A DNA stretch of 64,000 nt from Ilumatobacteraceae bacterium (GCA_043773365.1 JAYVFI010000002.1:89815-153814), one strand, 5' to 3'; shown: positions 11,553 through 20,499, counted from the first letter of the stretch. The notes: generated from the letters alone by a model not told the origin. Program-made: numbers and translations.

Positions 11553-11603
11553 TTGACAGTGCGGATCCAATTCTCCCTGTCAACCCACTGACAGTAGTTA
11601 TAA
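11553..11603 (-). promoter_or_regulatory. Promoter/operator region upstream of the STAS gene: TGTCA-N6-TGACA palindrome, a third TGACAG box and an AT-rich TATAAC
   Basis: CTGTCA-acccac-TGACAG at 11577-11594, TGACAG at 11554-11559, GTTATAAC nearby. Confidence 0.5.
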
Positions 11604-11623
11604 CGCCACTGTTCGTGAATTGA

Positions 11624-12502
11624 TCAGCCGACGACGAGAACTGAGACGACCACGGCGAGCGCGGATACACCGATCGGGGCGGCGTAGGTCGCCCACTTCG
11701 GTGGCGATCGGTGGCCTGGTGCGGCGACGATGATGGCGCACAAGCCGCCGGCGATCAACCCGCCGATGTGGCCGCCGATCGAGATTCCCCGGAACATGAA
11801 GGTGAGCAACAGGTTCATCATCAGCAGCGAACCGATCGAGGTGCTCAGCGGGTTGATGCCGCGCATGTAGTAACCGACAGCGGCGAATCCCATCAGGCCG
11901 AACACCGCACCCGAGGCCCCGGCGGCGATCTTGTCGCCCTCGAGCATCAGCGCCAGCGCGCTCCCACCCAGCAGGCTGGCGAGATACACCAGCAGGTAAC
12001 GAACCCGACCGATCATCGGTTCGATCATCTGGCCGAGTTGAAACAGGATGTACATGTTGAGCGCAATGTGGATGATGCCGAAATGCATGAACCCGCTGGT
12101 GATCAGCCGGTACCACTCGTGATCGGCGGCGATCGGCTGTTTGTAGAGACCGAGCTCGACGTGGGCAATGGTGATCTCGCGGCCGGTCAGCGCCTTCGGA
12201 TCACGAATCACGGAGTAGGCGAACATCAAGACGTTGACCGCGATGATTCCTGACGTGACCATCGCCGGCTGCTTGGCGCTCCAGAATCGAGCCCGCGTCT
12301 TGACATCGGGGCGTGCAGCTTTGGCACAGTCGAGGCAGTGGCTGCCGACGGAGGCCTGAACGAGGCACTCCGAGCAGGCAGGCTTGCCGCATCGGGTGCA
12401 TTTCCGCCCGGTTGCGCGCTTGGGATGCCGGTAGCAGAACGATGTTTCGCCAGGCGACTCAGTGCTGGGTGCGGACCGGGGAGGGGGAGGAGGCAACGAC
12501 AT
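11624..12502 (-). CDS. Rhomboid intramembrane serine protease with N-terminal B-box-like Zn finger
   Basis: CYRHP...CTRC.KP.C.EC...S.G.HC.DC; WYRLITSGFMH, HI..NM, GASGAVFG (catalytic Ser), HIGG (catalytic His). Confidence 0.95.
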   Translation of the reverse strand: MSLPPPPPRSAPSTESPGETSFCYRHPKRATGRKCTRCGKPACSECLVQASVGSHCLDCAKAARPDVKTRARFWSAKQPAMVTSGIIAVNVLMFAYSVIRDPKALTGREITIAHVELGLYKQPIAADHEWYRLITSGFMHFGIIHIALNMYILFQLGQMIEPMIGRVRYLLVYLASLLGGSALALMLEGDKIAAGASGAVFGLMGFAAVGYYMRGINPLSTSIGSLLMMNLLLTFMFRGISIGGHIGGLIAGGLCAIIVAAPGHRSPPKWATYAAPIGVSALAVVVSVLVVG

Positions 12503-12517
12503 CAGCGACGAGAGTAT

Positions 12518-12817
12518 TCAGGTTCGGTCGGTATCCCACCACTTCCGAAGGTGTTGCCAGGCGTAGATCCCGGTGTCGTGTCCGTCGCTCCACCGGATCG
12601 CGAGACCCCAATTGCCGTGCATCTCGGCACTCGCGACCGAGATGTCGGTGCCGGTGAACGCCTCGAGGCCCTGTCCGCGCCGACCTTGGCAGCCGGCGCA
12701 CGGACAATTCTGTCTGAGCTGCATGACTGGAAAGGTGGCGACGACGCCGTCGTCGTAGGTCACCCGGAGTTCGAGATCTCGTTCCAGCTCGACATCGACG
12801 ATCTGATTCGCAGCCAC
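12518..12817 (-). CDS. DUF971 / GBBH-N-like metal-binding protein
   Basis: LRQNCPCAGC and WSDGHDTGIYAW; GTG start with a TACTCT box 6 nt upstream. Confidence 0.88.
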   Translation of the reverse strand: MAANQIVDVELERDLELRVTYDDGVVATFPVMQLRQNCPCAGCQGRRGQGLEAFTGTDISVASAEMHGNWGLAIRWSDGHDTGIYAWQHLRKWWDTDRT

Positions 12818-12833
12818 GCTGCGAGAGTATCGG

Positions 12834-14612
12834 TCAGAGCGCCATATGGACGATGAGCTGGTCGGGCGGGCACGGTTTGCCGACCAGATGACCCTGCACG
12901 AGGTCGCACCCGGCGGCACGCAGTCGTCGCAGCTGTTCCAGCCCGGTGACCCGTTCGGCGACGACTTCCATGTTGAGGGCGTGCGCAAGCAGCACGAGTG
13001 CTCGCACGACTCGCGTGTCCGCCTCCGACGAACCACTCGGCAGGGCCAGCGTTCCGTCGAGTTTCAGCACGTCGGCGCCCACATCGGTGAGCAAAGAAAG
13101 CGCTTTCGAGCCCGTGCCGAAGTTGTCGAGGGCGACGCGAACGCCGACCCGACGCAATGCACGAACGGATCTGATGACTTCACCGGCCTCGCCCAGCAGG
13201 GTCGCTTCGCGGGCCTCGAGCACGACCTGGCGCGGCCGGAGCCGATACTCGCGCAACAAATCGACGACCCGATTGACGAACGCCGGGCTGGCGAGCTGCA
13301 GCCGCGAGACGTTGACATGTACGGCAAACCGCTGTCCGACAACGCCGTTGTCGATCCAGTTCCGGGCGGCTGCGCACGCCTGCTGGAGTACCCAGTCGCC
13401 GATCGGAACAATCACGCCGGTTTCTTCAGCCACAGGAATGAACTCACCTGCGTCGACACGCCCACGCGTCGGATGATTCCATCGCACCAGCGCTTCAGCA
13501 GCTTCAGCACGTTCGGAGACCGCAGAGAAGATCGGCTGGTAGTCAACCGTGAGTTCACCGTCACGGAGCGCCTTGGAGAGCGCCGCCGCCAACTCGGTGC
13601 GGACCTTTGCTTTCGAGCGCAACTGGTTGGTGAACAGCGCGGTTCGGCCGCGGCCGTCCTCTTTTGCGGCATGGACTGCCGTGTCGGCGTGCGACAGCAG
13701 ATGGATCGCGCCGTCGTCGGCCGACGCGGCTCGGATCTCATCGTCGGTGATGCTGACGCCGACCGTGACGGATACATCGAGTTCGAGTTGCCGGATCGTG
13801 AGACGACCGGTCAACGCCCGCCGAACGCGGTCGGCAAGCTCCATCGCGACGTCAGCGTCGGGAACATTGCGGCAAAGCACCATGAACTCGTCGCCGCCGA
13901 CGCGAGCGATCGTGTCGTTCGGCCGAACCGCAGTGCCCAATCGCTTCGCCGTCGAGGCGAGCAGGCGGTCGCCGATCTCGTGACCAAGGGCGTCGTTGAC
14001 GTCGCGCAGACGGTCGACGTCGATCATCATCACCGCAACCAAACCACCGTCCTCCTTCATTCGCCGGAGCGCGTGTGCGGTTCGCTCCAAGGCGGCGGTT
14101 CGGTTGAGCAGACCGGTGGTCGGGTCGTGCTCGAGCAAATGCAACAGCTCCGCGGCGCGGTTGCGTTCGTCCGAGATGTCTCGACACAGGACGGCGATGA
14201 AGCCGCCGTTTTCGGCAGTCGCATCGTGGCGGACGAGCACCGTCGTGGCGAAAATCTCGGTCGGCCGACCATGGGGGGCGAGGTCGATGTCGCCCCGCCA
14301 GACGCCGCCTTCCGGGTCGATCAGGAGTTGTTGGGGGAGTTGGTCCAGCACGTTGCGGAGCACATATCGGCTATCGACCGAACCAGATTTCGGAGCGGCC
14401 AAACCGGGGAACAAGGCGACCGCTGCATGGTTGGCGTCGATGCGGGTTCCGTCGATGCCGATGATGACGGTCGCCGTCTCGTCGGCGGCGACCAGGGCGC
14501 GCAGCTGCGCCAGCACCTCGTTGGACGTGCTCGGCGGTGCTGCTGCGCGGCCGGAACGCGGCGCGGGCGCGGCAGCATCTTGCTGCGTGTCCCGTGTCGT
14601 GTCCTGGGTCAT
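12834..14612 (-). CDS. Cytoplasmic PAS-GGDEF-EAL c-di-GMP enzyme
   Basis: HDPTTGLLNR, RPND I-site five residues before GGDEF, YQPI, EALVRW, LKLD, QG; no TM segment seen. Confidence 0.95.
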   Translation of the reverse strand: MTQDTTRDTQQDAAAPAPRSGRAAAPPSTSNEVLAQLRALVAADETATVIIGIDGTRIDANHAAVALFPGLAAPKSGSVDSRYVLRNVLDQLPQQLLIDPEGGVWRGDIDLAPHGRPTEIFATTVLVRHDATAENGGFIAVLCRDISDERNRAAELLHLLEHDPTTGLLNRTAALERTAHALRRMKEDGGLVAVMMIDVDRLRDVNDALGHEIGDRLLASTAKRLGTAVRPNDTIARVGGDEFMVLCRNVPDADVAMELADRVRRALTGRLTIRQLELDVSVTVGVSITDDEIRAASADDGAIHLLSHADTAVHAAKEDGRGRTALFTNQLRSKAKVRTELAAALSKALRDGELTVDYQPIFSAVSERAEAAEALVRWNHPTRGRVDAGEFIPVAEETGVIVPIGDWVLQQACAAARNWIDNGVVGQRFAVHVNVSRLQLASPAFVNRVVDLLREYRLRPRQVVLEAREATLLGEAGEVIRSVRALRRVGVRVALDNFGTGSKALSLLTDVGADVLKLDGTLALPSGSSEADTRVVRALVLLAHALNMEVVAERVTGLEQLRRLRAAGCDLVQGHLVGKPCPPDQLIVHMAL

Positions 14613-14640
14613 GTCCTGAGCCTCGTCATTCGACGGTCCC

Positions 14641-14717
14641 GTGGTCCTTGTCGTGGTCGGTGCTGTTGTCGTGGTCGGTGCTGTTGTTGCTGTTGTTGCT
14701 GATGATGTGTGTTGTTG
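14641..14717. repeat. Low-complexity CAA/CAC-rich (minus strand) tract with 18-bp and 9-bp duplications
   Basis: CAACAGCACCGACCACGA x2 and CAACAGCAA x2 on the minus strand, between the YbhB and GGDEF-EAL genes. Confidence 0.85.
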
Positions 14718-15377
14718 TCAGTCGTTCCGGCCGTACACGCCCGAAACCGAGTACTGCCCGATCGATGTCGAATTGATTGCTGTCATCACTTCCGCTGCGG
14801 GAGCGTCATCGGCAAGTTCAAGTGGCTGGTTGAGCGCGTGGACCGTGAATTGATAACGATGGTTCACGCCTGGGGGTGGGCACGGACCGTTCCAACCCCG
14901 ATTCCCGAAGGAGTTCGTCCATTCCGTTGCACCGGGCGGGATCTCGCCTTGGACCAGCCCCGTCTGGACGGGATCGATGCCGGACACCAACCAGTGGATG
15001 AAACCGTCGGCATCGAGGTCGGTCACGATCACGGCCAATTCGGCGGTCCCTGGCGGGACGTCGGCGAAGGTCAGCGCAGGAGACGTGTCGTCCCCGTCGC
15101 ACGTGTGGACCACCGGGATGCTGGCACCGTCCGGCCATGGAGCAACCAAGCTCAGGGGGGCCGGCAGCGGGGCTGGCGCGGGCGGCGTGGTCGAGGGGGG
15201 CACGATCACCGGTAACGGCTCTGTCGGTTGATCGAGGGTACGGCCGTCATCCAAGCTGCATCCGGTGATCGCGATGATGGTCGCAAGAATCAAGGCGGGG
15301 ATCATGGCGGGGATGTTCCCGGGAACGCCCCCGACGGGCATGACGGGGGTCGAATGGCGCAAACCGGTGAGACGCAT
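14718..15377 (-). CDS. YbhB/YbcL (PEBP/RKIP-like) family protein, probable lipoprotein
   Basis: Lipobox-like IAITGC, Pro/Thr linker, HTCDG.D.SP.L, D.DA.GFIHW, GWNGPCPP.G..HRYQFTV.AL; ATG 15377 with a TACGCT box 7 nt upstream. Confidence 0.9.
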   Translation of the reverse strand: MRLTGLRHSTPVMPVGGVPGNIPAMIPALILATIIAITGCSLDDGRTLDQPTEPLPVIVPPSTTPPAPAPLPAPLSLVAPWPDGASIPVVHTCDGDDTSPALTFADVPPGTAELAVIVTDLDADGFIHWLVSGIDPVQTGLVQGEIPPGATEWTNSFGNRGWNGPCPPPGVNHRYQFTVHALNQPLELADDAPAAEVMTAINSTSIGQYSVSGVYGRND

Positions 15378-15411
15378 CAGCGCGAGCGTACGTGGGGATA
15401 ACGTGCCAGCA

Positions 15412-16326
15412 ATGGTTGAACAGAGGACGATCCTGACCGTGCACGCACATCCTGACGATGAGGCGTCGAAGGGCGCCCCTACGTTGGCCAAGTACCACGC
15501 CGATGGTGTCCGGACCGTTCTCGTGTGCTGTACCGGTGGCGAAGAGGGTGATCTCCAGAACCCGACGCTCCGCGAAGTCGGCCAGCCCTTTCACGGCTTG
15601 TCGCCGGAAGCCGAACGGGCACTCGTGGCGTCGATGCGGCCGGCTGAACTGGCTCGATCGGCTGCAGTAATCGGTTTCGACGAGGTGGTGATGCTTGGAT
15701 ATCGCGACTCGGGAATGGCCGAATCCGAGCAGAACCAACACCAGGACTGCTTCCATCGGGCCGATCCCGACGAGGCCGCCGGTCGGCTCGTCGCCGTGAT
15801 CAGGCGGACCAAGCCGCAGGTCATCATCACCTACAACGACGATCAGCAGGGTTATCCCCACCCCGATCATCTCAAGGTCCACGACGTGTCCCTGTTGGCC
15901 TTCGATCGAGCCGGCGATCCAGAGTGGTACCCCGAGGCGGGCGATCCGTTTCAGCCGCTCAAGCTGTACTACACGACGTGGAGCAGGCGCCGAATGGTGG
16001 CGATCCACGAGGGTCTGCTGAAGCATCACGGTGAGTCGCCGTTCGATGACACGTGGTTCGAGCGTCCGAGCCACGACCACCGAATCACGACCCGGGTCGA
16101 GGTCAGCAAGTTCATGTGGGCCAGGACCGGCGCGCTGCTGGCCCACGCCACCCAGGTCGATCCGACCGAACGGTTCTGGTTCGGGTTGTCCGAGCAGCAG
16201 TTGTCCGAGACGTACCCGTGGGAGGACTGGATCCTGGCGCGTTCGCTGGTCGGCGCGATTCCGGGTTCCGACGAGGAGCACGACCTGTTCGCCGGCGTCG
16301 ACGCACCGGTCGAGCTCCGCCCGTGA
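15412..16326 (+). CDS. mca: Mycothiol conjugate amidase (LmbE/PIG-L family)
   Basis: VHAHPDDEASKGA, TGGEEG, GYPHPDH..VH and AHATQVDP...WF match Mca; ATG 15412 with a TAACGT box 7 nt upstream. Confidence 0.85.
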   Translation: MVEQRTILTVHAHPDDEASKGAPTLAKYHADGVRTVLVCCTGGEEGDLQNPTLREVGQPFHGLSPEAERALVASMRPAELARSAAVIGFDEVVMLGYRDSGMAESEQNQHQDCFHRADPDEAAGRLVAVIRRTKPQVIITYNDDQQGYPHPDHLKVHDVSLLAFDRAGDPEWYPEAGDPFQPLKLYYTTWSRRRMVAIHEGLLKHHGESPFDDTWFERPSHDHRITTRVEVSKFMWARTGALLAHATQVDPTERFWFGLSEQQLSETYPWEDWILARSLVGAIPGSDEEHDLFAGVDAPVELRP

Positions 16327-16559
16327 CCGTGCAATATCGCGTCGTGGTCGGCAAGAAGGACGAGCGGTATGAAGGTCCGAGCGATGCCGAGATCGTGATC
16401 ACCGTCCCCGCCGCAGTGGCAGCGACCGACGGATTCGACGCCACCGTCGAGTTCATGCGCGGTCGGCTGAAAGCGACCGGCCACACCGGGCGGATTCTGG
16501 AGTTGCTGAAGTCGGGCGAGGCGAGCGCGGCGCTCAGCGCGCTCGCATTGCGGCCCTGA
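16323..16559 (+). CDS. Small hypothetical protein, partial SCP2-like
   Basis: GTG overlaps the mca stop (GTGA), 78 aa; EFMRGRLKATG resembles the SCP2 FM.G.LK..G motif. Confidence 0.6.
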   Translation: MTVQYRVVVGKKDERYEGPSDAEIVITVPAAVAATDGFDATVEFMRGRLKATGHTGRILELLKSGEASAALSALALRP

Positions 16560-17370
16560 GTTCGCGGTACCCGATCAGGGTTGCGCCGACATCATCGATC
16601 AGCGTCCGAAGTGACGGATCGGCGGTCACGAATCGGTGGTCATCGATCCACGCATCGGCGTGCTCGGTGATTGCCCGAACCTCGGGAGTGTCGATCGCCG
16701 GCTGGATGTGGACTTCCGTGACGCCTGGTTGCAAGTGAAGGAGTGACGACGAAACGCGTTCGCGCGAGCCTGCCCGCCAGTCGTGGTCGAAGTGATCCGG
16801 AAACACGACACCGTGCTCGGAGGCAAGTTTGCGGAATGGAAAACCGGCTTGCTCCGCCGTGACGGACGACGGCAAACGGATCGGCAATTCGAACTCGCAC
16901 GCCAGCTCGAGATAGATGTCGAAGAACTCCGGCCGCAGCGTGATCGCGGTGAGGTGTGGCGCCAGGTGGGTGACGTCGATGTCCCACGCGATCGCACGCT
17001 CGATCTGGGCGCGGAGCTCTCGGAACACCTCCTCGGGGTCGGCGTGTTCCCAGAGGTCGGCGATATTGCGCGGGAACCCTCCTTCTCCCGACAACAACGA
17101 TGGGGCGTGCGTCAGCGGCCCCCATCGGTACGTGTCGTGCTCGGCGTTGAGCGTGAGGTGGACACCGATGTCGTCGGTCGACCGGTACATCTCGGCGGCG
17201 TGGCGTGCCCACGGGGCGGGCATCATGATCGAGGCGCACGTCGCGACGCCGTCACGAATCGCTTCGTAGACCCCGATGTTGGCGGCATGGCACGAGCCGA
17301 GGTCGTCGCACGACAGAATCACGAGCGTGGCGTCTGCTGCGTATCCGAGGCGTTCGGCGAGCGTGCTCAC
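16534..17370 (-). CDS. ChbG/YdjC-family carbohydrate deacetylase
   Basis: LVILSCDDLG.CH.AN, CASIM.PAPW, GVHLTLNAE, ELRAQIE.A...DVTHL.PH; GTG 17370 with a TAGGGT box 7 nt upstream. Confidence 0.9.
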   Translation of the reverse strand: MSTLAERLGYAADATLVILSCDDLGSCHAANIGVYEAIRDGVATCASIMMPAPWARHAAEMYRSTDDIGVHLTLNAEHDTYRWGPLTHAPSLLSGEGGFPRNIADLWEHADPEEVFRELRAQIERAIAWDIDVTHLAPHLTAITLRPEFFDIYLELACEFELPIRLPSSVTAEQAGFPFRKLASEHGVVFPDHFDHDWRAGSRERVSSSLLHLQPGVTEVHIQPAIDTPEVRAITEHADAWIDDHRFVTADPSLRTLIDDVGATLIGYRELRAAMRAR

Positions 17371-17579
17371 TCGGCAGACCCTACTCGGCGGGTTGCTGGT
17401 TGGAGCATGGGTCAAGTGGCGTGTACCCCGCCTGACTCGAATCCGGCGAATCGTCCGTGACCCGACCGAAATCGCCGAGACCGGCTCGTACGGGCGCGAG
17501 GACATGTCGATGATCCCACCGGGCGGCGTCGATCGCCCGTGAGCTGATCGATGCCTGGCTCGACGGGGACCGACGACGG

Positions 17580-20420
17580 TTACGTGAAATAGCCGAACAC
17601 GTCGGCGAGGAATCCGCCGACCGGGCTGGGCAGATTCGCCGAACCGTCCTCCATACGAAATCGTGCCCGCCCGAGGTCGACTGCAGTGATTGCTGCACCT
17701 GCGCGCACCTCGCCCGGCGTCACCCAGTTCAATGCGGACGTCGCAGGCTCGACCTGATCGGCCGCCCACCCGCGAACGAAACCTGGCCGCCTGACGGAGA
17801 TCGCGGCAAGATTCCACACCACTCCCGAAGCGTCGTCGGGAACGTTCACGCCGGGGGCATCCGACCCGTCGACCACGACGATCTGCCCGTCGACAAGGTC
17901 GCCTCCGGTGATGCGCGAATCGAACGCGCGGTTCGGACGCACCGGCACGTACCTTCCGGTGTTCGCTGACGGTGCAGCGCTCGACGTGATGTAGCCGATC
18001 GCATCGACGACGACGTCCGAGCTGCCGTTCTCGACGAAGAAGCCGGTGACCGCGATCCCGTCTTCGCCCACTGGCACGATCGCGGTATTGGCGACGGTTC
18101 CGCCAGGGGTCAGGTTGATCGTCGACGTCGTTCCGATCGACGAGGTCAGATCCGAAGGGAAAGCCTGCACCCAGCCGTGATTCGAAGCGCCCGTGCCAGT
18201 CACGGTGACCACTATCGCCGTGACCTGCTGGGGGTCGACACCAGTCGGCCAGCGAACCGAGCGAAGGGCGGTCGATTGCAGCGGACCGATCGGCGCGTCG
18301 ACACGTGTGTCCAGGACACGCTCGGCGCCGGGAAGTTCGACGAATCGTCCACCGGTCACCGGGCCACTCGTGCTCTCGAACCAGCCGAGCAGGTCGACGA
18401 CGAGGTTCCCGGACGCAATCGAGTAGAGCGAAATCGTCCCACCATCACCGAGCGGAACGATCGCGAAGTTTGCTCGCGTCTGACCGATCGAGTCGGTGTT
18501 GAGATTCGAGAACGATCCGAGCGAAGCGCGGTTGGTCGGAATCGCTTGAACGAAACTCGGACGGTCAGCGTCCACCGTCGTGATGTTGACCGCCACGGCG
18601 GTCACGCCGGTCGGCGGAACACCGGCGACGCCGACAACCGGAAGGTCGCGGATCTCGCCGGCCGAAAGCGGACCGATCAGATTCGTTGGCCCGATCGCCT
18701 CGGTTGGGCGGGTGTCGAGGATCCGGGTCGGTGACGCGACCGAAACGAATCGAGACGGCGTCTGGTCGATCGCGGTCACCGGCGGCGCCGGAAGCCGAAA
18801 CTCCCCGTGGCCGAACACGTTGTCGGGGCCTGTCGCGCCTCGATCGATGGTGAGGTGGCGGATCAGATTTCCGAGCGTGTCCGCGCCGGTCGCCAGCCCT
18901 CCGTCCAACAGCAATGCCGCCGCGCCGGCCATGACGGCGGATGCGGCACTGGTGCCTGCGAACGAACCACCGATCGAACTGGAGAACGACCCTGGTGCGG
19001 CGACGTCGGGAGCGAGCCGACCGTCGTTGGTGGGTCCCTGAGAACTGTAGGAGGCGATCAGGCCGGAACTCGCGGGCGAGATCGCACCGACGGCGATCAC
19101 ACCCGGGTCGGTCGAGTCAACGACCGAGGTCGATGCCGAGTACGCCGACTGCGTGTGGGCCGTCATGCCTGCGTCGTAGTCCAGAATCTCGATCAGGTCG
19201 CCGTCGGCTGTGCCCGCTCGAAGCACGATCTCGAGGTAGAGCGCATTCCCGGCTTTCGGGCACCGCCTATCGGCGATGTGCTCGATCGGCGGAGCGCCGG
19301 CGCGCTGGCTTTCGGCCGACCGACCTACGATCGTGCCGTTGGCCGGCTGGCCGACCGGTGATTCCCAAAGATTGACGTCGTAGTCCGTCCGAAGTGACCG
19401 CGGAAGATCCCAGTCGTTGGCCCATCGAACTCCCGCCAGGGACACACAGCCGCTGAAACGAAGGAACGTGTCGTTGCCCGAATCACCGAAGGCGATCCGG
19501 TTGTTGGCGATCCGAGCCGGGTGTCGATAGTAATGATTGGCGCCGTTGTTGCCTGCGGAGTTGACCCACAAGATCCCCTTCGAGACGGCATAGGCGACGA
19601 CGTCGTCGAGTGGGCTGCGCCCGTCACCGGGCCCGTCGAATCGGCTCCCGAGTGAACGGTTGATGACGGTCACACCGTTCGCAGCGAACCAGTCGACGAG
19701 GGCGCGATAGTCGGGGGTCGTGAGTGCTTGACCGAGGAAAATCTCGACCCCTGGCGCCATGTCTCGGATTGCCTCGACCACCGCCACGCCATGGTCCTCG
19801 CTCCCCGAGTCGATCCCGTCGAAGAACTCGTCGGTGCAGTCGGATCCCTGGGTCAGGCACTTTGCGGTGAGCCCCTTGACCGGCTTCGGGCCGTGTTCGG
19901 CCTCGTTCCAAAACTTCGTCACGTCGAAGTAATCGATCACGCCGACCTTGATGCCCGACCCGTCGATACCGGCAGCGTGCCACGCTGTGGCGTTGGTGAT
20001 CGCCACCTCATCGCCGTTGATCGGCCCGAACTGGACCGCCTGGTCGCCCGACCCCAGCGACTGCGGGATCACGTCGACGGCGAACGGGGTGCGAACGCGA
20101 CCGTGAATGCGGGCGGTGAGCCGGGCCTGTTCGGCAACCGGGACTCGCACGAGGACCGCGCTCGGGGAATCACTGACGACGTACCCCCCGAGGTCGAGCG
20201 CCAGATCAACGGCAGCGGCGAGGCCGGTCGGGTCGTCATCGACGATCTCGACCGTCGTGAGTTCAGGCGACGCGGCGATCGTCGGGTGAACACCCAGCCC
20301 CGACGCGAGCACCACGCCGAGCAGGGCGGCGATCGAACGTCGTTGCGACGACAGTACAACACCTCGAGTCCGAGATCTCCGGGCAGGGAAGTTCGACGAT
20401 TGGTTCTTGGAGGCGTACAT
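17580..20420 (-). CDS. Secreted subtilase (S8) with three C-terminal LDTR-type putative cell-surface modules
   Basis: Signal-like IAALLGVVLASGLG; triad D (GVIDY, 19932-4), H (DHGVAV, 19791-3), S (GTSAAS, 18948-50); oxyanion SAGN; YSSQGPT.DGR..PDV.AP; repeats SRFV..P.RILDTR, GRFV....RVLDTR, GRYV..P.RAFDSR. Exact start uncertain. Confidence 0.92.
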   Translation of the reverse strand: MYASKNQSSNFPARRSRTRGVVLSSQRRSIAALLGVVLASGLGVHPTIAASPELTTVEIVDDDPTGLAAAVDLALDLGGYVVSDSPSAVLVRVPVAEQARLTARIHGRVRTPFAVDVIPQSLGSGDQAVQFGPINGDEVAITNATAWHAAGIDGSGIKVGVIDYFDVTKFWNEAEHGPKPVKGLTAKCLTQGSDCTDEFFDGIDSGSEDHGVAVVEAIRDMAPGVEIFLGQALTTPDYRALVDWFAANGVTVINRSLGSRFDGPGDGRSPLDDVVAYAVSKGILWVNSAGNNGANHYYRHPARIANNRIAFGDSGNDTFLRFSGCVSLAGVRWANDWDLPRSLRTDYDVNLWESPVGQPANGTIVGRSAESQRAGAPPIEHIADRRCPKAGNALYLEIVLRAGTADGDLIEILDYDAGMTAHTQSAYSASTSVVDSTDPGVIAVGAISPASSGLIASYSSQGPTNDGRLAPDVAAPGSFSSSIGGSFAGTSAASAVMAGAAALLLDGGLATGADTLGNLIRHLTIDRGATGPDNVFGHGEFRLPAPPVTAIDQTPSRFVSVASPTRILDTRPTEAIGPTNLIGPLSAGEIRDLPVVGVAGVPPTGVTAVAVNITTVDADRPSFVQAIPTNRASLGSFSNLNTDSIGQTRANFAIVPLGDGGTISLYSIASGNLVVDLLGWFESTSGPVTGGRFVELPGAERVLDTRVDAPIGPLQSTALRSVRWPTGVDPQQVTAIVVTVTGTGASNHGWVQAFPSDLTSSIGTTSTINLTPGGTVANTAIVPVGEDGIAVTGFFVENGSSDVVVDAIGYITSSAAPSANTGRYVPVRPNRAFDSRITGGDLVDGQIVVVDGSDAPGVNVPDDASGVVWNLAAISVRRPGFVRGWAADQVEPATSALNWVTPGEVRAGAAITAVDLGRARFRMEDGSANLPSPVGGFLADVFGYFT

Positions 20421-20499
20421 CTCGGTGACAGTTCCCGCACGGATTGTACTGTCGTCGATGCTGGTCGGCCGGTCGCCTCAACCAGAAACAGAGAGAACT

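Noticed and set aside
12846-14702. 618-aa + strand ORF
   Set aside because: Antisense shadow of the GGDEF-EAL gene, which has all the family motifs.
4718-17817. Longest-ORF starts for SCP2 (5260), cupin (7393), amidase (9209), DUF971 (13036), YbhB (15491), mca (15265) and YdjC (17817)
   Set aside because: The extensions overlap neighbouring genes and look non-coding; shorter starts match family N-termini and -10 or SD signals.
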